DNA of 64,000 nucleotides from Bdellovibrio sp. (GTDB lineage: Bacteria > Bdellovibrionota > Bdellovibrionia > Bdellovibrionales > Bdellovibrionaceae), in NCBI GenBank assembly GCA_036677065.1, contig JAKFBS010000003.1, forward strand, positions 32,001 to 96,000. The letters run 5' to 3'. This document shows, one piece after another, positions 37,380-47,313 of the stretch (position 1 is the stretch's first letter; each line of letters begins with the position of its first letter). The notes below the pieces were generated by a model. The model had not been told where the DNA came from. It saw only the letters and a program-made list of their open reading frames with translations, and did no database searches. Both the position numbers and the translations under genes were made by a program.

Positions 37380-38516
37380 TTACTGAGGTGTTACGCTTGT
37401 TACGAATTTGTATTCAGGGCCCTGAACACGAACAACAACAGCACTTTTAACCGCATCACGGCTTTCGTTCATAGTAATTGTTCCAGTTACACCATGAAAG
37501 TTTTTAATGCCAGCTAAACCTGCACGAATATTTTCTGGTGTAATTTCTTTAGCCGTTTTCATCGCTTCAGCCATCATGTAAGTTGCATCATAAGCAAGAG
37601 CTGCCATTACGTCTGCATCTTCATTGTACTTAGCTTTAAAGTTTTTTACGAACTCAACAGTTTTAGGATCAGTTGATTCAGTCGTGTAGTGGTTAGAAAA
37701 GTAAGATCCGTTGATTGCGTCTTTAGCAATTTTGAAAAGATCTGGAGAAGACCAACCGTCGCCGCCTAATAGAGGTTGGTTCATACCTAACTCTTTAGCT
37801 TGGCGAGCGATAAGCGCCACTTCATTGTAGTAACCAGGAACAAAAATAGCGTCTGGTTTTTTACCCTTAATAGAAGCTAACTGAGATTTAAAATCTACAT
37901 CACCTTCTTGGTAAGCGATATCATCAACGATTTCGCCGCCGGCTTTAATTAATTCAGCTTTGAAAACATCTGATAAACCCACAGAGTAATCACTTTTTAC
38001 GTCACGTAAAATAGCTGCTTTTTTCATTTTTAAATCGTTAACCATGAATTTAGCCATAACTAAACCTTGGAATGGATCGATAAAACAAGCACGGAAGATG
38101 TAGTTTCCAACTTTAGTGACTTCTGGATTTGTTGCAGAAGAAGTTAACATTGGAATTTTGTGTTCTTGAGCAACTTGCGCGCCGATTTTTGAACGGCCAG
38201 AAGTCGCTTCACCGATGATAGCTACAACTTTATCCTGAGAGATTAAACGGTTAACCACAGCTAAAGTTTCAGAATTATCAGATTTGTTATCGTAGTTGAT
38301 GTGTTTGATCATTTTGCCGTTGATACCGCCAGCAGCATTGATTTCATTGATCGCCATCTCGATACCGCGCATTTGGTAAACACCAAAAGTCGCCGTTGCG
38401 CCCGTGTTAGAACTGTAGCTTCCTAATAAAATTTCGTTTTTGTTTTCTTCTTTTTTTGTGCAACCAACAAATGCAAGCAATGCTGCAATTGAAAGTAATG
38501 AGAACATGTTTTTCAT
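37380..38516 (-). CDS. Branched-chain amino acid ABC substrate-binding lipoprotein (LivJ/LivK family)
   Basis: Lipobox FVGC; FRACFIDPFQG, DYSVGL, GGDGW. Confidence 0.9.
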   Translation of the reverse strand: MKNMFSLLSIAALLAFVGCTKKEENKNEILLGSYSSNTGATATFGVYQMRGIEMAINEINAAGGINGKMIKHINYDNKSDNSETLAVVNRLISQDKVVAIIGEATSGRSKIGAQVAQEHKIPMLTSSATNPEVTKVGNYIFRACFIDPFQGLVMAKFMVNDLKMKKAAILRDVKSDYSVGLSDVFKAELIKAGGEIVDDIAYQEGDVDFKSQLASIKGKKPDAIFVPGYYNEVALIARQAKELGMNQPLLGGDGWSSPDLFKIAKDAINGSYFSNHYTTESTDPKTVEFVKNFKAKYNEDADVMAALAYDATYMMAEAMKTAKEITPENIRAGLAGIKNFHGVTGTITMNESRDAVKSAVVVRVQGPEYKFVTSVTPQ

Positions 38517-38632
38517 TGAGACCTTCCTTTAGGGTAATTAAACCGTTTAACTTAAGTAATTTGTTTTCAACAAACTGTATTCATTAATTTGTCGACTAAC
38601 TGTAATCTAATTATTTAACGGTTTAATTTAAC

Positions 38633-39601
38633 CTAAACAGAGAGTATTCTGGCAAGCTGAATCAGAGTGGTGTCACCACGTTTTTCATTCTGGGCAACTT
38701 GTTCCAAAGGAAGCTCCACTAATTTATTTCCAAGTGTTCCAACCATCAAATTAGTTTTTCCGCTCAGTAAAGCAGCGACGGCTTCAGAACCCAAGCGGGA
38801 AGCCAGTATCCGGTCGTGCGCCGTAGGGCTGCCGCCGCGCTGTTGATGGCCTAAAATGCAAACTTTGGCATCAAGATTTGATTTTTTGCGAATAGCTTCA
38901 GCTAAATCATAACCACGCCCGGGTTTTTGTCCTTCGGCGGTGATTAAGATACTGCTGGTTTTGCCTTTCGCTCGAGATTCGCGCAGTTTTTCCACAATTT
39001 TATCAACACTGACAACGTTTTCGGCGGTCAAAATCTCTTCGGCTCCTCCGGCCAAACCCACGGCAGACGCGATAAAGCCAGAATTTCTTCCCATCACTTC
39101 AACGATAAAAATGCGGTCATGCGAATCGGCAGTATCACGGATTTTATCAATGGCATCCAGGGCGGTATTGACCGCGGTATCAAAACCAATCGTGTCATCT
39201 ACGCCGTAAACGTCGTTATCAATTGTGCCGGCAATGCCGATCACAGGAATTTTATGTTCGGCAAAGAGGGCTTGAGCCCCGCGAAAAGATCCATCACCGC
39301 CAATGCAGATCAACCCTTCGATGCCGGCTTTTCGTAAATTTTCTGCAGCAATTGCGCGGTATTCAGGCTTCATAAATTCGGCTGATCTGCCGGTCTTTAA
39401 AATGGTTCCGCCCCGTTGAACGATGTTGGCCATATCTCGGGGAGCCAAGGTCACCATTTTATTTTCAAGCATGCCGACGTAACCACTTAAAATTCCTACG
39501 ATTTCAACATTTTTGCTATGGGCAGTTCGAACTACTGCGCGAATGGCAGCATTCATTCCGGGAGCATCTCCACCACTGGTGTAAACAGCTATTTTCTTCA
39601 T
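38633..39601 (-). CDS. pfkA: ATP-dependent 6-phosphofructokinase
   Basis: TSGGDAPGMNAAIR, GGDGS, GTIDND, EVMGR; start MKKIAV at 39601 with a GAGG RBS. Confidence 0.96.
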   Translation of the reverse strand: MKKIAVYTSGGDAPGMNAAIRAVVRTAHSKNVEIVGILSGYVGMLENKMVTLAPRDMANIVQRGGTILKTGRSAEFMKPEYRAIAAENLRKAGIEGLICIGGDGSFRGAQALFAEHKIPVIGIAGTIDNDVYGVDDTIGFDTAVNTALDAIDKIRDTADSHDRIFIVEVMGRNSGFIASAVGLAGGAEEILTAENVVSVDKIVEKLRESRAKGKTSSILITAEGQKPGRGYDLAEAIRKKSNLDAKVCILGHQQRGGSPTAHDRILASRLGSEAVAALLSGKTNLMVGTLGNKLVELPLEQVAQNEKRGDTTLIQLARILSV

Positions 39602-39676
39602 ATGGCACCTCTTTTTTACTGACGGACACCCTATGATTTTGTTAGGTTGCGGCTCAAATATCAAGAGGGGATTCCA

Positions 39677-40498
39677 ATGTTCAAAAACATATCTGCTTTA
39701 TTAGCGGTAGCTGCACTTCTAAATTTCACAGCATGTCAAAAAAACGTAAGCGCGATCTATGATAACAACGCTGAAACAGCGAAAATTCTTGGCGGCGAAG
39801 TTGTTCAGCCAAGCGATATCGTAGCCAATTCAACGGTAGCTTTAAAGTACATCGAAGGTAACAACGCCTATGCAATGTGTACCGGAACATTAATTTCTCC
39901 AAATTTAGTATTAACAGCAGCGCACTGCTTACGTGGTATGAACAAAAACTCAATTCGCGTGGCTTTCTCAATTAACGTAATCGATACGTTAGACACTGAA
40001 ACAATGTTCGAATTAGCAGATTTTCAAATTCACCCAAAATACGGCACGAACAGACTTAACGATGTGGCTTTAATCGCCTTAGCGAAAGCTGCTCCTGCTC
40101 CTTACAAACCAGTTTCTATCATCAGTGCTAACTACCAATTAACAGTAGGTATGCCGATGTTACTTGCGGGTTACGGCGTAACTGATGATTTAACAGGTAA
40201 AGACACTGAAGCCTTACGTAAAGTAACAGTGCCAATGGCAAAAATCTTAGACGTAGACGCGATCTTAGTAACTGATCAAACTAAAGCTACTGGCGCTTGT
40301 AACGGTGATTCTGGCGGCCCGGCATACTTAGAAAAAGATGGTGTGTTATACGTTTATGGTATCACCCGCGGTCCTCATGATGGCGCTCCAGATTGCCATC
40401 ACTTCGGTGAATACACTTATGCTTCTAAGTTTGAAACTTTCATCTTAGAAACAGCAGCTTTACTAAAAACTGAAGCTCCGTCTTTTGTTGTGCCGTAG
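39677..40498 (+). CDS. Trypsin-like (S1) serine protease, lipoprotein
   Basis: Lipobox FTAC; ILGG; TAAHC; NDVAL; GDSGGP. Confidence 0.93.
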   Translation: MFKNISALLAVAALLNFTACQKNVSAIYDNNAETAKILGGEVVQPSDIVANSTVALKYIEGNNAYAMCTGTLISPNLVLTAAHCLRGMNKNSIRVAFSINVIDTLDTETMFELADFQIHPKYGTNRLNDVALIALAKAAPAPYKPVSIISANYQLTVGMPMLLAGYGVTDDLTGKDTEALRKVTVPMAKILDVDAILVTDQTKATGACNGDSGGPAYLEKDGVLYVYGITRGPHDGAPDCHHFGEYTYASKFETFILETAALLKTEAPSFVVP

Positions 40499-40547
40499 GC
40501 GCACCGAATTTTGGTCCTAAGTAATTGATATTTTAAATTGATATTCG

Positions 40548-40580
40548 AAAAGCCGGGTTAGAAATAACCGGGCTTTTTTT
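40548..40580 (+). terminator. Rho-independent terminator (copy 1)
   Basis: AAAAGCCGGGTTAGAAATAACCGGGCTTTTTTT. Confidence 0.8.
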
Positions 40581-40706
40581 ACGCCTAAAGCCTGTCGACC
40601 CTGTTTACAGATAAAGAATTCACGAACTCTAACTGCTTAAAATTCCAAGCAAAACTGAGCTGTGACACAGTAATTATCGCCGGTGTCATAATAGCTAAAT
40701 AAATTA

Positions 40707-40722
40707 TGGTATAGATTTCGCT
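40707..40722 (+). promoter_or_regulatory. Candidate sigma54 promoter
   Basis: TGGTATAGATTTCGCT (GG-N10-GC), about 30 nt before ATG 40751. Confidence 0.45.
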
Positions 40723-40750
40723 GGGGATTAAATAAACCAGGGGGAATTCT

Positions 40751-41635
40751 ATGAAAACTAAGTTGATCGCATGTGCCATGATAGCTACTTTTTGCAGTCA
40801 GTTCGCGGTAGCACAATTACATAATATCGGGATGTTAAATAACGATAATATTCTTGTGCAAAACTCTTTAACTGAGGTTGAAGCCGCTCACCAACAAACT
40901 CGTATTCTGTTTCAAACAGCAACGACGAATGATCAAAAAGAAAGACTTCGTTATGTGAACGATCGTCTTGATCGCGCCGAAAATTTATTGCGCCAAGTGC
41001 TTGCGCAACCACAACCGCCGACTCATCCGCAACCGCCGCCGTACCAACCACCACACCCACAACCAGGTGATCAGGTTGAAATGTTTAAATCTGATAGCTG
41101 TAACGGTTCATTAGTTGGAATCGTTAATCCAGGAACGAACTGCCAATCTTATTCAGGTGCCGCAGCTGTTTGGGCGATTAAAGTTAACGGTAAATGTATG
41201 GATACTTTAGACATGAATGCAGCACAAGCTTGCGAAACCTTTAAAGGTGCGGGTAACCCGAACACTTTAAAAACTTACAAAGCTGATAGCTGTAACGGAA
41301 GTTTATCTGCAGTGATTTCAACACATACAAACTGTGAGTCATTATCTACTGATAGTTCTGCGTGGGCAGTAAATATCGGTGGAGTATGTAAAGACATGGT
41401 TGATACATCTCCGAAGATGGCTTGTCGTTCGCTTCGTGGTGCCGCTTCGCCAAATAACGTTGAGATTTATAAATCAGATAGCTGCAATGGTTCGCTAGTT
41501 GCTATTGTTGATCGTTACACTCAATGTCACAGCTTATCAGGCATGGCTCAAGCATGGGCTGTGAAAATCAACGGACAATGTCAGGACATCAGCGATACAG
41601 ATATCGTATCTGCTTGTGACCGTTTCAAGCCATAG
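40751..41635 (+). CDS. Secreted protein with a Pro/Gln linker and three 64-aa four-Cys repeats
   Basis: Signal peptide; PQPPTHPQPPPYQPPHPQP; K[SA]DSCNGSL..C..WA...G.C.D...AC repeated with a 192-nt period. Confidence 0.85.
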   Translation: MKTKLIACAMIATFCSQFAVAQLHNIGMLNNDNILVQNSLTEVEAAHQQTRILFQTATTNDQKERLRYVNDRLDRAENLLRQVLAQPQPPTHPQPPPYQPPHPQPGDQVEMFKSDSCNGSLVGIVNPGTNCQSYSGAAAVWAIKVNGKCMDTLDMNAAQACETFKGAGNPNTLKTYKADSCNGSLSAVISTHTNCESLSTDSSAWAVNIGGVCKDMVDTSPKMACRSLRGAASPNNVEIYKSDSCNGSLVAIVDRYTQCHSLSGMAQAWAVKINGQCQDISDTDIVSACDRFKP

Positions 41636-41664
41636 TATTTAAAATTTAAATATTACGAAAATTG

Positions 41665-41700
41665 AAAAAAGTCTGGTTAGAAATAACCGGGCTTTTTTTT
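41665..41700 (+). terminator. Rho-independent terminator (copy 2)
   Basis: Shares GGTTAGAAATAACCGGGCTTTTTTT with 40556-40580. Confidence 0.8.
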
Positions 41701-41715
41701 GCTTATTTTCCGACG

Positions 41716-41754
41716 CTCAGGGTTTGGGATAACAATGTAATCCCAAACCCTGAG
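41716..41754. repeat. Perfect 15-bp inverted repeat
   Basis: CTCAGGGTTTGGGAT-N9-ATCCCAAACCCTGAG. Confidence 0.8.
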
Positions 41755-41790
41755 TGCGGTTTTAGCGTCATGATTTTTTTTAGTACAAAT

Positions 41791-41820
41791 AAAAAAGGCC
41801 TGGTTTCTCAACCAAGCCTT
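41791..41820 (-). terminator. Terminator downstream of HU
   Basis: Minus strand reads AAGGCTTGGTTGAGAAACCAGGCCTTTTTT. Confidence 0.75.
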
Positions 41821-41855
41821 AATTCTATATTTGGAAATCTATTAATTAAATAAAA

Positions 41856-42128
41856 CTATTTAACTAAAGCTTTGAATTCAGCGCCAGCGCGGAATTTTGG
41901 AGCCCAAGCAGCAGGAATTTTGATTGCTTTGCCAGTTTGTGGATTGCGACCAGTGCGAGCTTTACGTTTAGCTTTAGTGAAAGTACCGAAACCAACTAAT
42001 TTAACGTCGTCACCTTTTTTAACAGTTTTTTTAACGTTAGCGATAAAGCAGTCTACTACGTTTTCGCATTGAGCTTTAGACATTTTAGTTTCAGTAGCCA
42101 TTTTTTCGATTAATTGTGCTTTGTTCAT
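41856..42128 (-). CDS. hup: DNA-binding protein HU
   Basis: MNKAQLI, GFGTF, ARTGRNPQTG..IKIPA. Confidence 0.95.
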   Translation of the reverse strand: MNKAQLIEKMATETKMSKAQCENVVDCFIANVKKTVKKGDDVKLVGFGTFTKAKRKARTGRNPQTGKAIKIPAAWAPKFRAGAEFKALVK

Positions 42129-42292
42129 GTGAACTCCTGTTGTGTTATCTCTTGTTGAGATCGATGTAGTACATCCTGTTGTTGTTAATCTTCCGTGATG
42201 CCCACATCACAAAACAAAAAGTCGTTGTCGTCAATTAATTTTTGACAAATAAATTTCGACTTAGTTCTTAACAATAATTTAATGCGCGATTT

Positions 42293-44122
42293 TTATGTCG
42301 TTGAGAGATGATATTTCACGCTCGTCACAATTACATTTTTTTTGTAAATCAATGAAAGCTTGATCAGCCAAGCCGTTTGGTTATGCAGCAGTTGGTGATA
42401 CCATTTGTAAGTCACAAATTCAGGAAAAATCACAGTGATAAATTCACTCGGGTTTTCATTGCGAATATGATCAATAAATTCCAGGATCGGCGTAGAAATT
42501 GAACGATACGGAGAATCTAAAACATGCAACTTCATGTCTGGAAATTTCGCTGTCCAAGCCTCGTTCATGCGTTGCAACGAAACTTCATCGGTTTTAACGA
42601 AAATAACGCGCACATCTTTACTCATGCTTTTTCCATAACGGATTGCGTTCATAACGCCCAAATGTAGGCCAGAGATAGGAATCACGACCACGTGATCAGT
42701 CACTTCGCGGTCAACGATGTCGTAATGAGATTGTGAAAGTTCGCGCGCAAACATCACGTAATGGACATGAATGCGGTGAAACGCATACACAATCGCAGGA
42801 ATCGTAACGATCACCATCCAGGCGCCATGAGTGAATTTGAATGAACCAATCACGATCAATACGCAAAATGTGACAATTGTTCCGATCACGTTCATGATCA
42901 TCGAGCCTCTCCAGCCCTTTTCGCGCAGTTTCCAGTGATGAACGACCATGCCGGCTTGAGAAAGAGTGAACGATAAAAATACGCCCACGGCGTAAAGTGG
43001 AATTAATGAATGTGTGTGTCCACGAAAGATAATCACTAAAGCAATTGCACCCATAGAGAGTGCGATGATTCCGTTAGAAAACACTAAGCGGTCGCCCATG
43101 CTGATTAACTGGCGTGGAGCATATCGGTCAATCGCAAGTAATGACGATAGGCGCGGAAAATCCGCGTAGGCAGTTGAAGCTGCCATAAATAAAATTAAGA
43201 AAACTGAAATTTGAATAAAGTAAAAACCAAAACCGTTACCCATAACAGCCCGGGTTAAGCTTGCAAGTAATGTTATGCCTTCAATTTTAACGATGTCGTA
43301 AGAATTCACAAGATAAGTGATTCCGGCGAACATGCTTCCTAGAATTACAACCATCATCATTAATGTTAGATTGGCATTTCTAGATTGAGGGTGGCGAAAA
43401 AGCGGAATGCCGTTAGAAACCGCTTCGATACCTGTCAAAGCCGTACACCCAGATGAGAAAGCTTTTAACAATAAAATCAATCCGATTTCTGGCATGTTAT
43501 TCATCACCACGACATGGGGATGAATAGTTGTATCATCAGGGCCTCTAATTAAGCCCGTTAAGATTAAAGTGAAAATAGAAAAAATAAATAAGTAAGTTGG
43601 AATCGCAAAGATCGTCGCAGAATCTTTAACTCCGCGAAGACTTAGAACCATCAATAATAAAATAATCCACACGGCGGCGAAAACTTGCACTGACGCAAGA
43701 CTTGGAAAAGCTGAAACTAAATTCTCCATACCCGCAGACACCGACACGGCAACTGTTAACGTGTAATCAATCAATAAAGCCGCACCTGCTACTAAGCCGG
43801 CACCAGTTCCTAAATTATCTTTGGCAACGATGTAGGCCCCGCCACCATTTGGATAAGCCTTAATCGTTTGGCGGTATGAAAGCGTGATAATCATCATCAG
43901 CGCTAAAATTCCTAAGGCAATCGGTAAAGACCATGTGGTCGCAAAAGCGATTCCAGATAAAGTCAGCGGAATGATAATCTCTTCAGTTGCGTATGCAATT
44001 GATGATAAGGCATCGGCTGCAAGTAAAGCTAAGGCTTTCCATTTAGGAATAAGTTCATGAGCTTGTTGAGAGTTATGAAGTGGGTCACCGATCAGTATTT
44101 TACGAATTTTCGAAGCAAACAT
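42293..44122 (-). CDS. APC-superfamily permease, KimA/YdaO-like
   Basis: DALSSIAYATEE, YP.GGGAY, LIDYTLTVAVS, SGCTALTGIEAVSNG, cytoplasmic SPYRS...LHNQ domain. Confidence 0.85.
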   Translation of the reverse strand: MFASKIRKILIGDPLHNSQQAHELIPKWKALALLAADALSSIAYATEEIIIPLTLSGIAFATTWSLPIALGILALMMIITLSYRQTIKAYPNGGGAYIVAKDNLGTGAGLVAGAALLIDYTLTVAVSVSAGMENLVSAFPSLASVQVFAAVWIILLLMVLSLRGVKDSATIFAIPTYLFIFSIFTLILTGLIRGPDDTTIHPHVVVMNNMPEIGLILLLKAFSSGCTALTGIEAVSNGIPLFRHPQSRNANLTLMMMVVILGSMFAGITYLVNSYDIVKIEGITLLASLTRAVMGNGFGFYFIQISVFLILFMAASTAYADFPRLSSLLAIDRYAPRQLISMGDRLVFSNGIIALSMGAIALVIIFRGHTHSLIPLYAVGVFLSFTLSQAGMVVHHWKLREKGWRGSMIMNVIGTIVTFCVLIVIGSFKFTHGAWMVIVTIPAIVYAFHRIHVHYVMFARELSQSHYDIVDREVTDHVVVIPISGLHLGVMNAIRYGKSMSKDVRVIFVKTDEVSLQRMNEAWTAKFPDMKLHVLDSPYRSISTPILEFIDHIRNENPSEFITVIFPEFVTYKWYHQLLHNQTAWLIKLSLIYKKNVIVTSVKYHLSTT

Positions 44123-44158
44123 GAAAAAAAGACTACTCCTGTTGCTTGTGGCCTGCAA

Positions 44159-44404
44159 CTATTTCGAGTCGTCTGATTCGCCGTCGTTTAAAGCTTCGTA
44201 TAATTGCTCTAGTTCTTTTTCGTTGTATTCCTGGGCTTGAACGGGGACTTTATAGCCTTCGCTGGCCCATTCTCCGAGATCAATAAGTTTGCATCTGTCT
44301 GAACAAAACGGACGAGCTGGGTTTTCAGGTGAATACAACGCTAAAAGCCCGCATTGCGGGCATTTAACTTTTCTAACATTTGATGAATTTGAATTGTCTG
44401 TCAC
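44159..44404 (-). CDS. yacG: DNA gyrase inhibitor YacG
   Basis: VKCPQCG...[21 protein letters not shown]; probable GTG start at 44404. Confidence 0.9.
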   Translation of the reverse strand: MTDNSNSSNVRKVKCPQCGLLALYSPENPARPFCSDRCKLIDLGEWASEGYKVPVQAQEYNEKELEQLYEALNDGESDDSK

Positions 44405-44411
44405 TCTTATA

Positions 44412-45173
44412 TTAAAGACCGCAGTTTTGACGTTGGCAACGAGTGAAGCTACCTTGCGCTGCAGGAACATCGCCGATTTTAAAGATAAATGGCAATGTGT
44501 TGTCTTGGATCTTTCCTTGAGCAACTTCGATAGTAATTTTTGTTCTGTTTAATCCTGACCAGTAGTCACCATAGCCGTTAGCTGAAAAACCTGCAGAATT
44601 GTTAATTGCAGATACCGCTAATTCTAATTGCAATGGATTGCGATAAACACCGTTGTATTGTTTAGGATCTGGTAAGAAAACACCAGTTACATAACCTAAA
44701 GCGATACCTAGAGCACCCCAACCAGATGGTAATTGGGCCGAGTAATTAAAATAAGGATTATAACGAGGTTGCGCAACGAAAGTAGCTAATACAGAGTTTC
44801 CGCCATTTGGAGGAAATTGAATAATCATATCCATTGAACCACCAACATAAGATTGGCAAGAAGATTGGCCACCGTTGTATCCGCCGGCGCGATCACAAAC
44901 GCCCATTCCGTATTTGAAAAACTCAGTCATTTTCGCACCGTTAACGATACGTAATGAAGAAGTTCCAGAGTATGTATCTGCGTAAAAACCATTTTGATAA
45001 TTGTATGTTGCAGGTTGCACGTAGCCACCGTTACCTGTGTAACAAGCTCCGTTGTAATATGTAGTACCCGCTGGGCATGACAAGTTCGTTTGGCCATCAT
45101 CACTATTGCCTTTGCAACTTGATAAACCACCAACCATTACTAATAAGCCTAATACATAAAGTACATGTTTCAT
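44412..45173 (-). CDS. Hypothetical lipoprotein
   Basis: Lipobox LSSC; Gly/Tyr/Asn/Cys-rich. Confidence 0.75.
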   Translation of the reverse strand: MKHVLYVLGLLVMVGGLSSCKGNSDDGQTNLSCPAGTTYYNGACYTGNGGYVQPATYNYQNGFYADTYSGTSSLRIVNGAKMTEFFKYGMGVCDRAGGYNGGQSSCQSYVGGSMDMIIQFPPNGGNSVLATFVAQPRYNPYFNYSAQLPSGWGALGIALGYVTGVFLPDPKQYNGVYRNPLQLELAVSAINNSAGFSANGYGDYWSGLNRTKITIEVAQGKIQDNTLPFIFKIGDVPAAQGSFTRCQRQNCGL

Positions 45174-45244
45174 AAAAACTCCTCTGACAACCAGAAGAGT
45201 TACAATTAGTGTACCGAGCTTTTAAACAATTTATACGATCTGAG

Positions 45245-45263
45245 CTGTCAACAGATTTGACAG
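45245..45263. promoter_or_regulatory. Palindromic candidate operator
   Basis: CTGTCAA-cagat-TTGACAG in a divergent intergenic region. Confidence 0.45.
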
Positions 45264-45371
45264 GGCCGTTATTTCAACAAGGATTGTCACTTAAAAGACG
45301 CGCTCCAATGTGATAAAAAAAGTGACCCTTATCAGAGCTTTCGCTAAGATTTTTACGACTGGAGATCATCT

Positions 45372-47210
45372 ATGAATACAGATCAACATTGGACAGAAAT
45401 TTCGAAGCGTTTAACCTGGATCAAACCCTGGACAAAACTTAAAGAAGTCTCATTTAAAAAACCAGTCAGTATCAAATGGTACGCTGACGGCGAATTAAAT
45501 GTAGCGGCGAATTGTATTGATCGTCATTTAGCAAAGCACGGTGATAAGGTCGCAATTATCTGGGAGCCAGATAACATTAAAGAAGAAGCTAAAAAAATCA
45601 CATATAAAGAATTACACGCTAGCGTTTGCCGGATGGCGAATATCTTAAAAAAGCATGGGGTAAAAAAAGGTGATTTCGTCACGATTTATTTACCGATGAT
45701 TCCAGAAGCTGCTTATGCCATGCTTGCCTGCGTGCGCATTGGAGCAGTTCATTCAGTGGTATTCGGCGGATTTTCTCCGGGATCATTAGCCGATCGTATT
45801 CATGATTGTGATTCTAAATTTGTGATTACTGCAGATGAAGGTTATCGCGGTGGCAAAACAGTTCCGTTGAAAAAAAATGTCGATGAAGCCTTAACAAAAG
45901 TATCAACTGTTGAAAAAGTATTAGTCGTAAAACGTACGGGTGGTGCGGTTTCACATACAGATAAAGATTTATCTTACGAAGAAGAATTAAAAACAGTATC
46001 TGCAGAATGTGCTCCCGAGACAATGAATGCCGAAGACCCATTATTTATTCTGTACACGTCAGGTTCAACCGGAAAACCAAAAGGCGTACTGCATACATCA
46101 GCTGGGTATTTAGTCTTCGCAAGCTACACGCATGAAAAAGTTTTTGATTATAAAGACAAAGATATCTTCTGGTGCACAGCTGATGTGGGTTGGGTCACAG
46201 GCCATAGTTATATCGTCTACGGGCCACTGGCAAATGCCGCGACCACATTAATGTTTGAAGGGGTTCCAAATTACCCCACATCTTCTCGTTTTTGGGAAGT
46301 GGTTGATAAACACCAGGTTAATATTTTTTATACTGCACCGACGGCAATTCGCGCGTTGATGCGCGAAGGCACTGAACCTGTGAAAAAAACATCGCGCAAA
46401 TCTTTACGCGTGTTGGGTTCAGTGGGTGAGCCGATTAATCCCGAAGCTTGGCATTGGTATTCTGAAAATGTCGGCGATAATCGCTGCCCCGTTGTAGACA
46501 CTTGGTGGCAAACAGAAACAGGCGGAATTTTAATTTCTCCGTTAGCCGCTGAAACTAAAACAAAACCAGGGTCAGCAACTTTTCCATTGCCGGGGATTGA
46601 AGCTAAAATCTTATCTCCTGAAGGTAAAGTGTTAGAAGGTGAGTGCGAAGGCGTATTGGCGATTGCTGATTCTTGGCCTGGGCAAATGCGCACGTTGTAT
46701 AAAGATCATAAACGTTTTGAAGAAACTTATTTTAGCACTTATCCGGGTTATTATTTTACCGGAGATGGCTGTAAGCGCGATGAAGATGGGTATTACTGGA
46801 TCACAGGGCGAATTGATGATGTGATCAATGTGTCAGGCCATCGTATTGGAACAGCAGAAATTGAATCAGCACTGGTTGATCATCATAGTGTCGCAGAAGC
46901 CGCGGTTGTGGGTTACCCGCATGATATCAAAGGTCAGGGCATTTATGCTTATGTGACTTTAAAAAATGGCGTTGACGCGACTGACACACTTAAACAGGAG
47001 CTAGTTCAACATGTACGTAAGCTGATCGGACCGATCGCTACTCCTGATAAATTGCAATGGGCACCGCAATTACCAAAAACACGTTCGGGTAAAATCATGC
47101 GCCGTATTTTAAGAAAAATTGCGGAAAATCAAACTGATAGCTTAGGTGACACTTCAACTTTGTTAGATCCATCGGTGGTTGAACAGTTAGTGGCTGGGAA
47201 GTTGAGCTGA
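45372..47210 (+). CDS. acs: Acetyl-CoA synthetase
   Basis: [32 protein letters not shown]. Confidence 0.95.
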   Translation: MNTDQHWTEISKRLTWIKPWTKLKEVSFKKPVSIKWYADGELNVAANCIDRHLAKHGDKVAIIWEPDNIKEEAKKITYKELHASVCRMANILKKHGVKKGDFVTIYLPMIPEAAYAMLACVRIGAVHSVVFGGFSPGSLADRIHDCDSKFVITADEGYRGGKTVPLKKNVDEALTKVSTVEKVLVVKRTGGAVSHTDKDLSYEEELKTVSAECAPETMNAEDPLFILYTSGSTGKPKGVLHTSAGYLVFASYTHEKVFDYKDKDIFWCTADVGWVTGHSYIVYGPLANAATTLMFEGVPNYPTSSRFWEVVDKHQVNIFYTAPTAIRALMREGTEPVKKTSRKSLRVLGSVGEPINPEAWHWYSENVGDNRCPVVDTWWQTETGGILISPLAAETKTKPGSATFPLPGIEAKILSPEGKVLEGECEGVLAIADSWPGQMRTLYKDHKRFEETYFSTYPGYYFTGDGCKRDEDGYYWITGRIDDVINVSGHRIGTAEIESALVDHHSVAEAAVVGYPHDIKGQGIYAYVTLKNGVDATDTLKQELVQHVRKLIGPIATPDKLQWAPQLPKTRSGKIMRRILRKIAENQTDSLGDTSTLLDPSVVEQLVAGKLS

Positions 47211-47313
47211 AGGCTCACCAGCTTATAAGCTGAGCTAGTATTGATTCTCAAGTGTTGTGCATTTGCGGTTCTAAGATTGATTTAAGATATGAGCGTAGTG
47301 CAAACTACGCTCT

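Noticed and set aside
44123..44158. ydaO/c-di-AMP riboswitch before the KimA-like permease
   Set aside because: Only 36 nt between yacG and the start; no room.
45372..45460. acs N-terminus shorter than typical; possible pseudogene
   Set aside because: Good GGAG RBS and all catalytic motifs intact.
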